Numbered from the stretch's first letter, positions 1 through 14,700 are shown. The stretch is DNA of 64,000 nucleotides from Bugula neritina (GCA_964035545.1 OZ037768.1:3814741-3878740); one strand, 5' to 3'. The notes: generated by a model from the letters alone, not told the origin. A program made the numbers and translations.

Positions 1-107
1 TACACTATAGTTACACTATATGAAACTTTGGGTAGCAAAAGCTATCGTTTTAAACACTGAACCCTTTTCTTTGTGAAGTATATAGCTGTGTGGAATATTC
101 TAGTGCA

Positions 108-3100
108 CCTGCAAGGTAAGGTATCTCCAGCAGCATGGCGGAGACGAGGTAGACACACTCCAGCAGCTCCAGGTTGATGTGCATGTGGTAAGGCATTTGC
201 CGTCTCTTCTCAATCTTCTCCTGCTCAGCCGTCCTCTCATTCTGTCTCTGGAGGAGCAGACCTTGGGCCAGCAACTCCTTGGCTCTACCTGAACTCTGTA
301 TGTCGAGCAGACAGTTGTGTGCATCCTTTATGTAGCCCTTGCGGAAGGCACACAGTCCCAGCTGCACCATGCACCGGTTGTAGCAGATCTAAAACAGGAA
401 GCAAACAGCGTATGGATAACTCTTATGTTGCCATGCCAACAGGTAAATTATCACACACAAGTATATTCATAGAAGAACATTTCACATCTCAGTATTAGTA
501 ATAATAAACCAATAATCATAAATTAGTATTAATAAATTAATATTGAAGTTTGTTTAAAATTATATAAACAGTTGAATGGTGGAAAGAGTAACAAGCAGCC
601 ACCTGCTTTGGTCTGTTGATCAAGGAATGTCCTGGGAGGCTTACATCAAGAAACACTGATGACTGATTACGTAAAGCAGCAACTAGTACCTACCTGAGTG
701 GGCACGTCAGCGTGTGTGACGGAGTCTTGCAAGTGAGACATGAGCATGAGGTCTCTAGCTTGAAACCACAAGTCATGGAGAGCGAGATGGTAGATGTGCA
801 GAAGGATAGCCTGGGTTCTAATACGATCGGTGTTGTCCTTGACATAGATGTATCTACACAACTCATTCATCTTTTCTATGCTGGTGTTCTTCTCCCCGTC
901 ATTGGCTGCCTTGTCAAACTAACAAATACATACACAAATGTTTTATATATCTTGCCTTGTAGTAGAGGTGACAGTACCTTGTAGTAGAGGTGACAGTACC
1001 TTGTAGTAGAGGTGACAGTACCTTGTAGTAGAGGTGTTTGATCCTAAGCAGGTTGGTCCTGCATTTCTCCTCAGTCGTGCCATGGCTCTCTCCGTATATT
1101 GCCAGAGATTCTATGATGGAGCAAATTCTTCTCTCATCCTTCAGCCTACACACAGCACATCATGACATAGAAGACTCACAGGTAGGTGAGAGTACACACA
1201 CACACAACTCGGCTATGGAATCTCTCACTGGACGACCTACAGACTTACCTGTCCACGTAATCCGGAGAATGAGCGTCACACGCCTGCAACATCCTGCAGA
1301 ACTCGTCGTCCATTCTCTCTGCCGTGGAGAAGATGCAGCCTCTCAGCCGGTATGGCTCTTCCGTCACTATTTCCTGCTCCTCCAAGATGTCCTGGGAGAG
1401 TTTGATGGTCGGGTTGTCTCGGAGGAGTTGGAGCAACTCTTCTACTGCATCCAGACACCTACAACCAGCAGAATGCAACTTATCTTTCTACAACCAGCAG
1501 TATGCAACTTATCTTTCTACAACGTACCACTTGTACGTAACTTACCTTTCTACTACTCATATGTGACAAGGTACTGACTACTGACTTACTGATGAAATAG
1601 TGAACTTACTGTAGCCAGGACTCTGGTCTCATGCAGGAGGAGACGGCGGGGTTATAGTCACACAGAGCAGAGACTATATGGAACCTGATCTTCACCTGTA
1701 GACCAGCACCTAAGTTGGCGCCATGTGCAATATCTCGCAGTTCCTCCAGCAAGGACACCTACACATAGGCAATGGAGTGAGTTGAAGTACAAATATAAGC
1801 ATGTGCATGTAGGGAAGGAGATTATATGAATCACATAACTTAGTTACAACCTAATGTTAATAATCTAATGTATGAATGATTATGTAATGTAGATCAAAGC
1901 ATACAAAATTTACAATAACGCAAAATTTTTGATGCAACTTTTTCGCATATTACATATAGATAAGAGACTTTATTTAAAAGTTTTTCGTTGCACCAATACC
2001 TAACACATGGTCTAGAAGGGGCTTAGTTTGTGACGGGAAAATCATAGAGCCTCACCTGTTCTCCCCTCTTAGTTCCTTTTTTTCCTCTCACAGCAATGAT
2101 CTCAGTCAACTTCTTAATGACAGCCTCGTGTGTGATTTCCTGGTCTTTCTGGAACATCTTGGGTCTCTCCTACACACCAGAACCAAACAATCCAGCATTC
2201 AAAATAAAATCATAAAAATTAACAAAGTTTGCTTAAAAAAGTTTCTAGATACAAATTAGTAATAAACCAATTACTGCCAGAAAGAAAAGTTTGAATCAAA
2301 TAAAATAGAAAATATAGTAAACACAGTGCATAGATTTTGCTAACTTTAGTGAGTGTTTAGCTTCATTTCTATTAGATTGCAGAAAATTTGCTGTTTCTTG
2401 TTGATTCTGTCTTGGTTCACATTATTAAACATATTAGAACACTACACATGTTATGTGACTGTAGAATACAAGTTTGAAACTAATTTTGTTGTCTCAGAAA
2501 AAGTTTGAGTGTCAAGTTAGAAAGATGAGACTCACCTGTGGTCGAGCACCGGAAGATACTTCTGTCCACTCTTCACCATCATCTTCAACCTTCACCTGCT
2601 TCACCGGTTTCGGCTTAGCAGCTGGCTTTACTTTCCTCTGCTTCTCCTCAGCCGGACTAAACACATAGGAAGGGGAAAATGATGCCTCGTGACCCGAATC
2701 AAACATATCAGAGTAACAGAGGCCAGGAGTTGTATTGAAAACCCTAGTTTTAGTGTAGACTAGAAACTTACGTTCTCTTGAGGAATCTGTGGGCTGGGTT
2801 CTCAAACGCCTCATCCTCAGATGAGCTGCTGTCTTCGTCAGATGACGGCCAATCAGAACTGTCATCAGAGTCAGCCTACCAGTAAAAATAACATTTTTTT
2901 AGACTTACTTATGCTTGAATAATGTTTTAAGTTTTCATTCGTACTTTACTTTGAGCTTTTTAAAAGTATATAAAAAATATTTGATAATTTGATGTTATGT
3001 TAAAATGTAGAATCTGTAGACTTCAAAAGGGTTACACAACACACTTATGGTACATTCTACCCTATTACAAGAAACTATTTTTCTCAATGTGCACATCTTC

Positions 3101-4829
3101 ATACTAGTCAGAATTAATTTAGTGAATTTCAAGCACCTCAGTAACACTAAAAATAAAAAAACTTATTTATGTTAAAACCATCAAAACTCATTTGATTAAA
3201 GTTATCTATTTTATAGAGAGCTGGAGATTCTTATAGTCTTTAAACAGCATATATCTGCTTCTCCAGCATATCTGAGTGTTCATAGCTGTGGCAAATACTT
3301 GAAGAGACATAAAGTGTGTAATTTCTCACGCGAGCTTTTGGTGCCTTGACTGTTTTCTCTTTCTTGGGAGCGGCAGCTGGCTTTGCAACAGTTGGAGATT
3401 TGACGACAGGTGCAGCTGCTGCCTTTTCCTCGTTATCTTCTGCTAAATATTCATCCGGATTCTCCCGATACAGCTATTAGAACCACCACCAACAGTTATA
3501 GCAATGTGCCTACTTTATTTCAGCTTGATGACAAAACACAGCACACTGTTGTAGAGTAAAACACTGAATGAATATAATAACTGAAGAATGGTATTGACTA
3601 ACCACAATAACAATGATAATAAACCAAGAATAAGTTTGCACAACACATTGCAATGACTTTGGGAAGAGCTAAGGCAACATATATAAAAAGTGTACCTTCA
3701 GCTCATTCTCAAAATCTTTATTGTATTTCTTCAACCTCTGTCTCAGAGTTGTCAGGCCTTTAGCATTGTTCTTGCTCATTGCCTTTTTAGCATCTTTGTC
3801 TTCCCAGAGCTACATTCACAACAAAAGTTCAGCAATCTTATAGCTCAAAAACATATCTTACCAACGAAACTGACTATTTTTCACGATGGCTTGATTTTGT
3901 AGCAAATTTTATCACGGTGCCGTGCGGCTATTGCACTTTACTAGCAGAGCAAGGCTCACCTCAGCTGTGAAATCCTCCAACTCAGCTAGATGGCGAATGA
4001 AAAAGTGAGGCAAGCCCTCTTTATCAATCACCCGCTTAGCCTTCTCAAATGCTTTTGTCAGGTTCTCAAACGCTGAAACATGAAAGATTAAGAATGTATT
4101 CAGACCGCTCAGTTTAAATATCATCTATTTTTAGGCTTCCCAACTACTCACTCTCATACAGTAATTTCACCATTTATTGTAAAGAAAATAATACTGAAAT
4201 CGCTATACATTTTAGTAAAAAGATAGAGTAACTAGAAATATGAAATTACCACATTGTTTAAAAAACAATACCTGTAAGAGTATTGGCCATATCTTTGATC
4301 TTCCGGTAGTTTTTACTCGTCTTAATTATTTCTGAAAGCTCATCAAACCGCTTCTCCTTTTCACTTTTAACAACTCGTTTTGCATCATCGTCATCGCTGT
4401 CACTCCAGGCAGCAGCTCTTCAAATAATTAATAACAGCAAAATATAGCTAAGTTTATGTGACGAGCTCTAGAATAGATTTGCCATCCATAAACACTGGAA
4501 ACTCCACATATGTGAAAAGGGCAGTATATGGATGAAGTGCGCCTAGCTATCATGAAAAAACATTTTTCAATTGAAATTCATTTAATAACTTGTCACTGGA
4601 TGTTTGCCAATGCTTGTGAAAGTTAGAGCCTAAATTAGATAAAACTGTCTCCAGATGTTAATTAGACTTTTTTTTTATCACCCATTAATTAATTAAACTT
4701 GGTCTGCACAAAAATGAATTGGGATAAACAAGCTTACTTTGCCGATGGGGCAGCTCGGACTGGTGCTACTTCATCTTCAGATGATGAAGATTCACTTTCA
4801 GTATCAGATCCAGCAAAAAATCGAGACAT
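108..4829 (-). CDS. EIF3C: Eukaryotic translation initiation factor 3 subunit C, multi-exon, 3' part continues beyond the left edge
   Basis: ATG at 4829 gives [20 protein letters not shown] (typical eIF3c N-terminus). Exons 4738-4829, 4272-4417 and 3960-4072 join in frame via GT-AG. Later exons encode [33 protein letters not shown] and [12 protein letters not shown]...[29 protein letters not shown]. Confidence 0.97.
955..1036. repeat. 22-bp tandem repeat (~3.7 copies) spanning an eIF3c exon/donor junction
   Basis: ccttgtagtagaggtgacagta at 955, 977, 999, partial copy at 1021. Confidence 0.95.
1459..1523. repeat. ~29-bp tandem duplication ending at an eIF3c splice acceptor
   Basis: ctacaaccagcag(a/t)atgcaacttatcttt twice plus a partial third copy. 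Confidence 0.85.
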
Positions 4830-5070
4830 CTTTGAACTATTCTACAACATGTAATTGCAGTCCATAACTGAAGTCAATGTTCAACATGAGTACACGACTA
4901 CGCAAAAATTAAGGTATAGGACAATTTTAATTTGAATGGCTACTATAACTATAACTTATAATATACGTATAAAGTGGTTTATATGCAGAATGAAGTGCCT
5001 GCCAACAAATATTTGTAAGTCATTACTTAGAGGTCAGCTAGTGAGAAGTATTGACTGAGTTAATTTGATG

Positions 5071-5450
5071 AGTAATACTAATAGACTAATAGTAATAGTA
5101 ATACTAATACTAATTACACTAATTGTCATAGTGAAAGTGACATTTTATATTTATTTATATTTTTATATTTATATTTTATTATTTACTTTTACGTTTTATA
5201 TTACTCATTTACTGTAATGAAACATTTTGATTTAGTTTTACTAATTTCAATTTCAATTTGAAGTGTTTCAACTTTCAATTTCCATGTCAAGTCATTATCA
5301 CCATCACTATGAGTATGAGTCAGAGTGAGAATCAAAATGTTAGCATCAGCATTGTTATAGAGCAGTGTTACTTTTAGTTTTACTCTCAAAGTTAGTATTA
5401 ATATTACTATTGATAAATTAGTGTATTACTATAACTATTACTAGGATTAT
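5071..5450. repeat. Degenerate 6-bp-periodic (ANTNWN)n array upstream of the eIF3c ATG
   Basis: agtaat agtaat actaat actaat ... agtgtt actttt agtttt actctc aaagtt agtatt aatatt actatt. Confidence 0.75.
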
Positions 5451-6735
5451 CAATGTGAGAAAAACTTCTTTGCCCGCGTGGAATAGGCAAGCGCAACAGG
5501 ATATACATAATTGAATGATGCGCGAGCAAATTATTGACGGCAGAAGTGTAAAGTTATCAGAGTTGTCCACTTTCTCACGGCGATCAGTTCTCTTTGGCTT
5601 ATCATATTTTTATTGTATGTGCCAAAAGCAGCATATAACTGGGTGATGATATAATGGTGTTGGTAATAAAGTTAAAAAACAAAAAACAATTATTTAAATT
5701 TTTTTATGTTCAAGCCAAAATTATGCAAAAAAGTTTGTGATTTTGAAGAACAAAACAACTTATTACAGACTTTGGCCAACTCAGGATATTGAATTTTGTG
5801 ATAATATTACAATAATATTGTATTTGATATACACTGTACGCATATGATACAATACTTAGCAATGTGCTTTAGCAAGTGATAAGCCTACAGAATGGACATG
5901 TATTAAGGTTGCAAGATTACAAGATTAAGGTTATTTGGTATCTAGCTATTAAAAGTGATTATGTAACACTGCCTGTATTATATTTTTGTGCTACAAGATT
6001 AATGGTAAAAACATGAAGTTATGATCCAATAGATGATGTTTTACCTTGTTAGCAATCACATAGTATTCTCAGATAAATATATCTGCTACAAATCTAGAAC
6101 TGCTGGAGTTGTGTTCTCTATAAAAATTTTCCTAAAACAGGAATGGTAATTTGTTTTTATAATAAATGGTTCAAGTAGTTACAATATTCCTTTTGCTTAA
6201 ATCATAATAGCTTTCACTATCTGGTCACAAAATATGGCAACACACTTGCTCTTGAAGAGTATAACTATTTGATTGTTCTTAAACTACATTAAAAGATTCA
6301 CGCATTTTACATTGTGTCCACGTTTTGACAACTTAAACAATATTCTGGATTAGGTTGGTTTAACAATCTCATGCAACTTTCCTGTTCTATACAAATAAAG
6401 ACAACTTTTAACTATGAAATATGATTTTTTTTATTTGTACTTAGAAATATTGAGCCTGCGCCTCAAAATTCACACTAGTCTTATATTTATTCTATCATAT
6501 AAATATTGCGTATTTCATCTATGGTGAGTAATGAAAGATGGTTATATGAAAGATATATATCCTCGAGAATTAAATATAAGAAATCAATGTGAGAAATTTT
6601 TACTATATCAAAAAGAATATATGAATCAAACATGCTAATCTACTAAAATATTACAGTATGTACATACATGCATACTACATAGTGGTGAAAAATGGACATG
6701 TTATGAAATTGTGAGCAACTTCATGATAGCTGATT

Positions 6736-8179
6736 TCAGTCAGCATCCAATGCAGCAGTTGCTATATACTGAGCAGGGTAATAGACATTTTGACCTTGAG
6801 GTCCGTCTCCCAAGGTCGCTATAATAGTGCTTCCTTCAGCTGAAATTAAAGACAGTATAACGCCTGAGAATAATGCAAAGTCATATGGCTGTACTAGACT
6901 AATCCACTATAGTGTATAGATATGTTATATTTATAGACTCAACTTTGATAGTTGTACAAAATTATGTGTGTGGTACATACCAAACATTGCGTCGTCTACA
7001 CTGCTGATTCCACATTTAGCCTTTGTGCTCTAAAAAACAACATATATCTTTTTTTACAATATAGTAATGTCATGTATTGATGTGAACTGTCAACTTATCA
7101 GCCTGTGAAAAAGCAAATGCTATGCAGGTATGAAATTACCGTAATAATAATAGTAAAGTATAGTACAGATCTCATGTAGGTACAGTTACTTGCAGTTCAA
7201 TACTTAGTAATATATATTCAAGATAATGCGTGTACCACAGCTGGTAATATTTGTATACCAACTGTCAGATTTATGATCGCGTTTATATATCTAACCACAG
7301 TCACCTACCTCCCTATATTTGTGAAGATATACTTTGAGAGGCTCCACGTAATTGTCAAAGCCCAGAGAAGACATGGCATACAGAATATCCTCACCATTTA
7401 TTGTCTTCCTCTTTTCTTGTGAGCACCTATCACTTGCTCTAAACAACTTGAGTTAAAGATGCCAACAGCTCAACATGTTGCTCTGCTTACACTTTTCCCT
7501 ACACAAAACTCAATGTTACTCTGCTCAGTATATTTCACTCCACTTTAAAGTAAAATATTTTAGTGCATATGATGTGAATTACATTCCTAAATACAACTCA
7601 AAAACTGAAAGTAATGGCAATGTCAGATGCAAAAATACAGCTTATGAAAACCTGCAGAGCTGCATTAGGTACTAGCAAGATTGGGTTGTGTGATTTATTT
7701 TGTGTTGCATTAATGGTTGTAAAGGATACTCGCTGGTGATGAAGCTAATGAACTCAGATACACATTCTTGACAGCATTCTTTGGCTTCCTTAGAAATCTT
7801 TCCAGAGTTGGGTATGGCTTTCTTCATTATTCGAGCCACATTGGCAATTGGTAAAAATCGATCCTAAAATAATGGCATTTTATAGTCACAATAATATGAG
7901 CAAATACCAGCATATGTAAAAATCGACGGAAAATTGATGTTAACGTAAATTTTCAGCATCACATGCCATATAGGCCAAATGTTGAAGTCAGCAAAAAAAA
8001 ATATATACATAAATAGAATAAAAACAGCAAATATATACCTGCTCACGAAGTTCATCTTCTGTTTGAGATGCACCTAAAATGGAGTCAGCTGTCACTCCAG
8101 GCTCAGACATGTTAGCATAGGTAGCAGTGCCAATAAAGCTTGTACCGTCAGTAATTGATGAATCAGAATTTACAGCCAT
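6736..8179 (-). CDS. NFYB: Nuclear transcription factor Y subunit beta (histone fold), 5 coding exons
   Basis: Spliced translation: ...ELREQ|[45 protein letters not shown]|[43 protein letters not shown]..., stop TGA at 6736-6738. Confidence 0.97.
7439..7729 (-). other. U12-type (minor spliceosome) GT-AG intron in NFYB
   Basis: 5' splice site GTATCCTTT, branch TCTTTAAC about 13 nt before the 3' TAG, phase 2, exons join in frame (TSE|ASD). Confidence 0.9.
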
Positions 8180-8400
8180 TTTTCTGCAAAAAACAACACA
8201 TAATCTAACATTCATCAACCCAGAGGGAAAACCTAGACATAGGATAGATAGCTAAATGAATACTAGAAAAGTATTACAGCTTTATTATGATTTAAAAATA
8301 GCATCGCTTTTAAAACTAAAACAAGCAAAAATGTTTGTGAGCAGCACGTTTGTTAGTTATTGCCTAAACAAAGTAAACACTAAATGAGTAGAGTGACCGC

Positions 8401-8700
8401 ATAACAACTTATAGTTATAGTTTAAGTTAAACTTAATGTTATTCGGCTTCATTCAATATGATTATCAACATGGCTAAGCCTAACATCAACAGTTACACTT
8501 ATAGTTATAGTCATACAGTTACACTGTTACTGTACAGTAACTCAAACTGTAAGTGCAACAGAGTCAGGTGAGTATCAGTATGACTATGAGTATGAGTATG
8601 AGTATAAGTAGCGGCCAAGCCTAAATTAAAATTTAGCGTAATACATACCATTACCATTATCATTATGATTATCAATTATTATTTATATCATCTTGATCAT
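8401..8700. repeat. (ANTNWN)n periodic array on the NFYB side of the NFYB/TMEM98 divergent promoter
   Basis: acttat agttat agttta; agtatc agtatg actatg agtatg agtatg agtata. Confidence 0.7.
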
Positions 8701-9240
8701 GGCATGGTCGTGTTTACTAAAGTAAATTGTCTACATACACAGAAAGATTTACAATCCAATGAGTGAATGTTACATTCACTTGTTTCCCGCAATGGAATGT
8801 GATAGGTTAGACAGTTGACAAACCAGAATCATATACTGGAATGAAGACAACGAATAGAGAAGAAGGTGGACGGCTAGCTTCTTTGAAAAGAGGACCGAGA
8901 GCGGGTTTGATTCTCTTATGTTCCAGCACACTGCAAATACCCCGATTTTACTAATTCGCTTTTTAAATTCGATCTCATACTGAACAACCATGAGGAGTGT
9001 AGTATATGTCTCAAGGTCATACCAGTGTCATGTTTATCTTTATGTACGCAAAACTTTATCGCCAACACCCTAGACTCGTTGCATGCATACATTGTCATTG
9101 TGATTGCACTTTGCAGGCTGCACACAATGAATTAACTGTTTGGATTTTCAGGATTTGTCAATTAAATTAGAAATCGTCAACACCACCATATTATAAATAT
9201 AATCAATAATGCCGTTATCAGCGGTTGTTAAACTTACTAC

Positions 9241-10170
9241 TTCAAGTTTAACCGTTTATATTTACTATTTTAATTTAGGTTTATATTTAATTTAGTTTGA
9301 CTAATACTAATAGTAATACTAATAGTATTACTAATAGTAATACTTATAGTTAATGTTATACTTATAGTTATACAGTTATACTAATAGTAATACTAATAGT
9401 GAGTGTAACACTAATAGTAATAGTAATAGTAATACAGTAATACTAATACTCTAATAGTAATAGTAATGACTAATAGTAAATCTGTAAATGTAATACTAAC
9501 ACTTTGACTTATACTTATAATAATAGTTATACTAATACTAATAGTAATAGTAATAGTAATACTTTCACTTTTAGATTATTCTATTTAATTTTATTACTAT
9601 TAGTATTACTATTACTATTAGTATTAGATTACTGATTACCATTGTGATTATGATCAGGATTATGATCATGATGATCACTATCACTTCATTATGATTATTA
9701 TTATGATTATCACATTATCATTATGGTTATCAATGTATCATTATGATTGAATATTTAAGACTATTTTTTTATTTTTGCTTTGTTTTGTTTTAATTTCATC
9801 ATAAAGTTTGATTAAGAAAGTGGGGAAAATATGGGGATCACCCAAAGGCAAAAAGAAGTAATACTAATACTAATAGTAATGACATTAACTTTAAGTTTAA
9901 CATTTATTTTACATTAATTACAATTATTAATAACTAATAAGTAACTAGCAAAACTTAAAGTTGAACTGAATGTTTATCACTGAATAAGTGAATGTTTATG
10001 TTTATTATGGCCATAATCGTAATGATAAAAAAATAAAAATTAGGTTCATAATCAAAATCATAATCATAATGATGTTGCTTTTGCCACTAGACTGAAAGTG
10101 AATAAGAGTAACTGTAAGTAAATGTGTGCGATAATTAAACATATTTTTAGTAAGTTTTATCAATATTATT
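9241..10170. repeat. (ANTNWN)n periodic array on the TMEM98 side of the divergent promoter
   Basis: actaat agtaat acttat agttaa ... attatg attatc ... over about 900 bp. Confidence 0.75.
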
Positions 10171-11786
10171 ATCTGTATTGATAAAATTTTCACTATTTCA
10201 GAATTATAGCTTGGGTTGTTAGAATTAAAAAGTACAGTACATGGTTTTTGAAAAAGCTGCCAGTGTGTCATAAATCATGATGCATTATTTCGTGTGTGTT
10301 GAATTTACCCTTTTAGTTTAGATTTTAGTGTTCAGTAATAAGCACAATGTTAATGTATTTTTAATGCTAGTGCAAATATTAGTTTAAAACATATACTTGA
10401 AGTTAATGTGTTTTGGATATTTATAGCTCAGGGCAGAATTTCTATTCAAAAATTTAATATTGCCTAAGTATTAATTTTTTCAATTGTCATATCTTTATAA
10501 CTTTATTTCTCTGTTATTCCTAATTATTTTAGACTATGTCAGTATGTGTATGAAGATGGTATTGCTCCATTTGAATACTTTCTAACACATTACGTTTATG
10601 CATTATTGAATTGTTTACATATACATGTATTTTGACTATAAGCTAAATACAAATTCAGGGCAGTATGCCCAAGCATGTTGGTTTTATAATACATTTTGTG
10701 CATTCATATCTTAAATTAATTCGGAATGGTGACTCACTTGTCTAGAGTATTTAAAACAAGATGTCATAAGCATGTTGCTAACAAAACTGAAACAAAAGTC
10801 TCCATTTATCTAAATGGCGCTTCATGGTGCAAATGACTTTGTCTCATCTAGCTCTGAGATTTTGCCCATTATAATAACTTGATCAGCAAGAAAAGTTGCT
10901 TTTTTATTTATCTATTTCATTTCATGTGACTTAGTATTCAAGATTTTTAAGCTTTTTAGCTTTGCTTTTTTAGGGGAAGCTCTTAATTGTTACATACTTT
11001 GTAAGTTTTGTTTGATACTTGACATCACATGGTTTAAAAACAAATAAATTTGTAAACTTCTGGCTTTTGAGAGTTGTCCTTTTTAAGACAGACAACTCCT
11101 TTGTTATATTTAGAGCTTATATCCAATTAAATCCAAGTGTTTTTTCTACTGATTTCTAATACAATTAGAAAATTATTAAAACAATTGATAAATCTTCTCT
11201 GAGTAAATTTAAAAGTGCTGAATTTCGAACAATTGATTGATGCAGCTTACCTGGTAATGGCAACTTGAAACGTAGTCAATATGGGATGATAATGCATTTA
11301 TTGTTATAATCTGGATAATGCACTGCATTATTTTCCTGACTTCATAGAAATGACTCGTGTTCACTGAACCATTACTGGAAATGTAGTTATTCATCTAACG
11401 AATCATCAAAAGATACACTCATCTCTGTTATAGTCAATCGTAAGCTTTGAGTATTTACTTAACAGCTTCCATTTCAGAGAGTGACTTTTTTTTATTCTGT
11501 ATGTATTTACCTAATATTTTGTTTTACAGATCTATATTTTCAAAGCACTTTAAGCTAAATCTAAACTAAATATTCAACTTGTTTATTTTTGGCAAATTTC
11601 TAATTTGTTTGACTTTCTAAACGCACTTTGTTAATCTTTAAGTATTCTGTTTCAGATTTGTAATTAAGTTTAAGCTAACTAAAATATTGTAGCTTGTTGT
11701 CTGGTAAACATTTTGTTTTGTATCTCATTTTTAAGTCTCATAGACTGTTATTTTTATGCTCTCAAGGGTTTGGCTCTAGAGTCAAT

Positions 11787-14700
11787 ATGATGATACCTGA
11801 TGTAGTTCTGGGAATAGTAGTTGGAGTAGCTGTGGTGATCCTAGTAGTTAGTAGCATAGTCATCGCTATACTTGTCAGAAAGAAATGCCGAAAAAAGAAA
11901 GAAGACGCTGAAGTCCAGAACAAGTAAGTGGAAAGCTAAACCATTGCTTCTGAGCTATGAACTTTAGGCATAACTGTATTTATCATAATATTAAATCTTG
12001 CTTGCAAACTTGTAAGGGAGGCTTATATGGCCTCATATAGTAATTTAGTAATACGTACATATAGTATATACTTATATCTAGTGTGTAAACATTTAGTGTA
12101 CCTTTATGTAGCCGAGAGAGTGATATTGAAGCTGCCACACAAAGGTAGAGTATGTGTATATCTTAGGCAGCTACGCTTGGCTTATTTAATACCTGTACTA
12201 TAGTAAGGGGCATGTGGCTTATAATATACTTGGTAAGGTGGTATAGTGGAACTAGTAGTGGACTGGAGGATATCCCAGTAACCTTAGGACAGGCACTGAT
12301 ATTGACCATGTGATAAATTGGTATTAATGGCAATTATTGTAACACATGTTTATTAACACTGCTTCCATGTTCCGGTGTAATGCTTAGTATCTCTTGAAAA
12401 TAGCAAAATAATATGCTTGCATTGTTGCAGCAATTTGTTTCTTTCTTCTGCTGTATATGGAAGTTCAGAGGAAAAATAAAGTGACCCATGTTTATATCAC
12501 TTTATTACATCATATTGTATGTGCCTCGTACCTTGTAAATGCTAAGATACTTAACCCCAATGCTTATGACTGTTGGCAGGATTATCAACTAATAGGATAT
12601 TTATCTAACATTTACTATTTACATGGTTACAAACCTGTGGAGTAAATATCTGTTTACAGCTGCCCCTAGAGTTGTTTAACTGGATAGAGAAGTTAAACAA
12701 TGTGCCAGCCTTTTATTTAAAACCTTGAAGTATGCCAAGTTTAGTTATGCATAAAGTAGTCCACGAAGCTTTAACTTATGTATGCCAGGAAGTCTTGTCA
12801 TCATATATCGGAATACTTCAGTCATTTATATGTGCATTTTTCAAAGAGAGAGAGAGAGTTTTAATTAAGTAGCTCCCATATTTGCTGATTCTGTCAGCAC
12901 CGGGATAGTTTTAATAATTAATCTTTTATTTACTGAAATATTTTTATAGTCAGTCATGTTGAGCTTTCAGGTACTTAAGCTGGTGATGGTGTTTATACCT
13001 TCACATTACTTAGTATTACGTTGCTAGTTAGTTGGCTAATGCTGCTATCATCTCCTGCTTTCCTCTCTGCTTAGTATCTTAGTCCTAGTAGCTTGATGTC
13101 TACTGTATCTCCATCTCTCTGCTTAGTATCTTAGTCCTAGTAGCTTGATGTCTACTGTATCTCCATCTCTCTGCTTAGTATCTTAGTCCTAATAGCTTGA
13201 TGTCTACTTTAACTTGTATCATCTCTTAGTTGTAACAACCTGATGTCTACTGCAAGAATGCCCTGAATATTATTTTACATTTAGTGGTTTTACAAAGTGC
13301 ATTTCAGTATTCCAAGAGCATGCCTAGTCTATAGGTTTATCATTCAATTCAGTCACTTTATTGCCGTTATAATACGCATGCATCTGTTTATAGTCAGTTG
13401 ATAGACGAAGATTGTGGTGATGATATATCCATATCATTAGACAATGTGATGAAAGATGATGTGTGGATAGATGATATGACGTAAGTGTAGTCAACTCTAT
13501 TTAGTAGTGCTAACAGATTTCACTCCTCAGAAATTTAATACATGTCTCTCAGGTATCCTCAGTTATAGCTTTTTCTTTATCTGAGTTTTACTGTTAGGTG
13601 ATGACTCTACTTTTTAATCCAAGTTTTCACATTGTAAAGCTTTTTCATTCTCTATAACAATGATGATAAAAAGAAATAATTTTAACATTTGTATTCACTA
13701 GTTTAGATTACCACCTGGCATATGGCTGCAGAAACAAGCCACATGTCACGTTTACTAAAACATTGTCTGCATTTTAATTGTAAAATATATTGCGATGGAT
13801 GGCAGTTCTCCAACATAACACAGTGAATGTTCTATGATGAAAACTGTAATTAGACATGTTGAAGTAGATATCCTCCATTCTGACGAATTCAGTAAAAGAA
13901 TTGAACTTCTTCAACTTATCGAAATAGCTCAACATTATCTCTGCCAACCACTGCTTAACTTACTGCTCTAGTCATGACCATTTCTCTGTAAGAGAGTGTA
14001 GGAAGGTTAGTTTCCTTTTCTCTTAGAACCTTCTAGTTATTCTCCTATTTGTTGTGTTGCAGAGGCATCATGAATCACTGTATTCCAATTCTCAAAGGAT
14101 GTCATGACTTAACATCTAGACTTGTTCCAATCACTAGAGATCAGTGTAAAACTGATCAGCAGAGTAAGAAAGTGGAGGTCTTTGCTACTAAAATTGAGCC
14201 AGCTTTAGAAGGGGTGGTACAATTACTAGACGAACCACTGGACCCCCGACTTGTTGAAGCTAGGTTAGTCATGACTTATGATCTCTTTATATAAATTGTA
14301 TTTGTGTTATCAAGTGTGATAATTAATATAAAGTGTAAATAAAAACCATGAAAATATTATTAAATGGCATAAACAAAAATTTATTTTAATAAAGTTAAAA
14401 AATGCTGTTTTGGCAGCATTTTGTTCAATTATCAAGCAAATTTGTCATCAAAACTATCATAGTTTCTTTGCTTTAAGCAGAATTCCGCCATTTGTATGTT
14501 TTGTCAGGTAGTTAGGCCTATACAAGGGTTCGAATAAGGTACCTGGGGATGTCCAGGAAATGTAATATCATTTGTAAGAGAATTAGCTGCACTTATAAAC
14601 CAACACCACAACTTTACTGTGGCAAGGTATTGGTTTTAGTGTCAAGGTTTCTCTATTATTCATGAAGTGTGTGTTATTAAAATGTTATTAATTATAATTG

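Noticed and set aside
1038-1577. 179-aa plus-strand ORF
   Set aside because: Antisense shadow of eIF3c exons.
8752-8782. CCAAT box and agtgaatgt/acattcact hairpin near the NFYB 5' end (autoregulation)
   Set aside because: Short motifs expected by chance in AT-rich DNA; no independent support.
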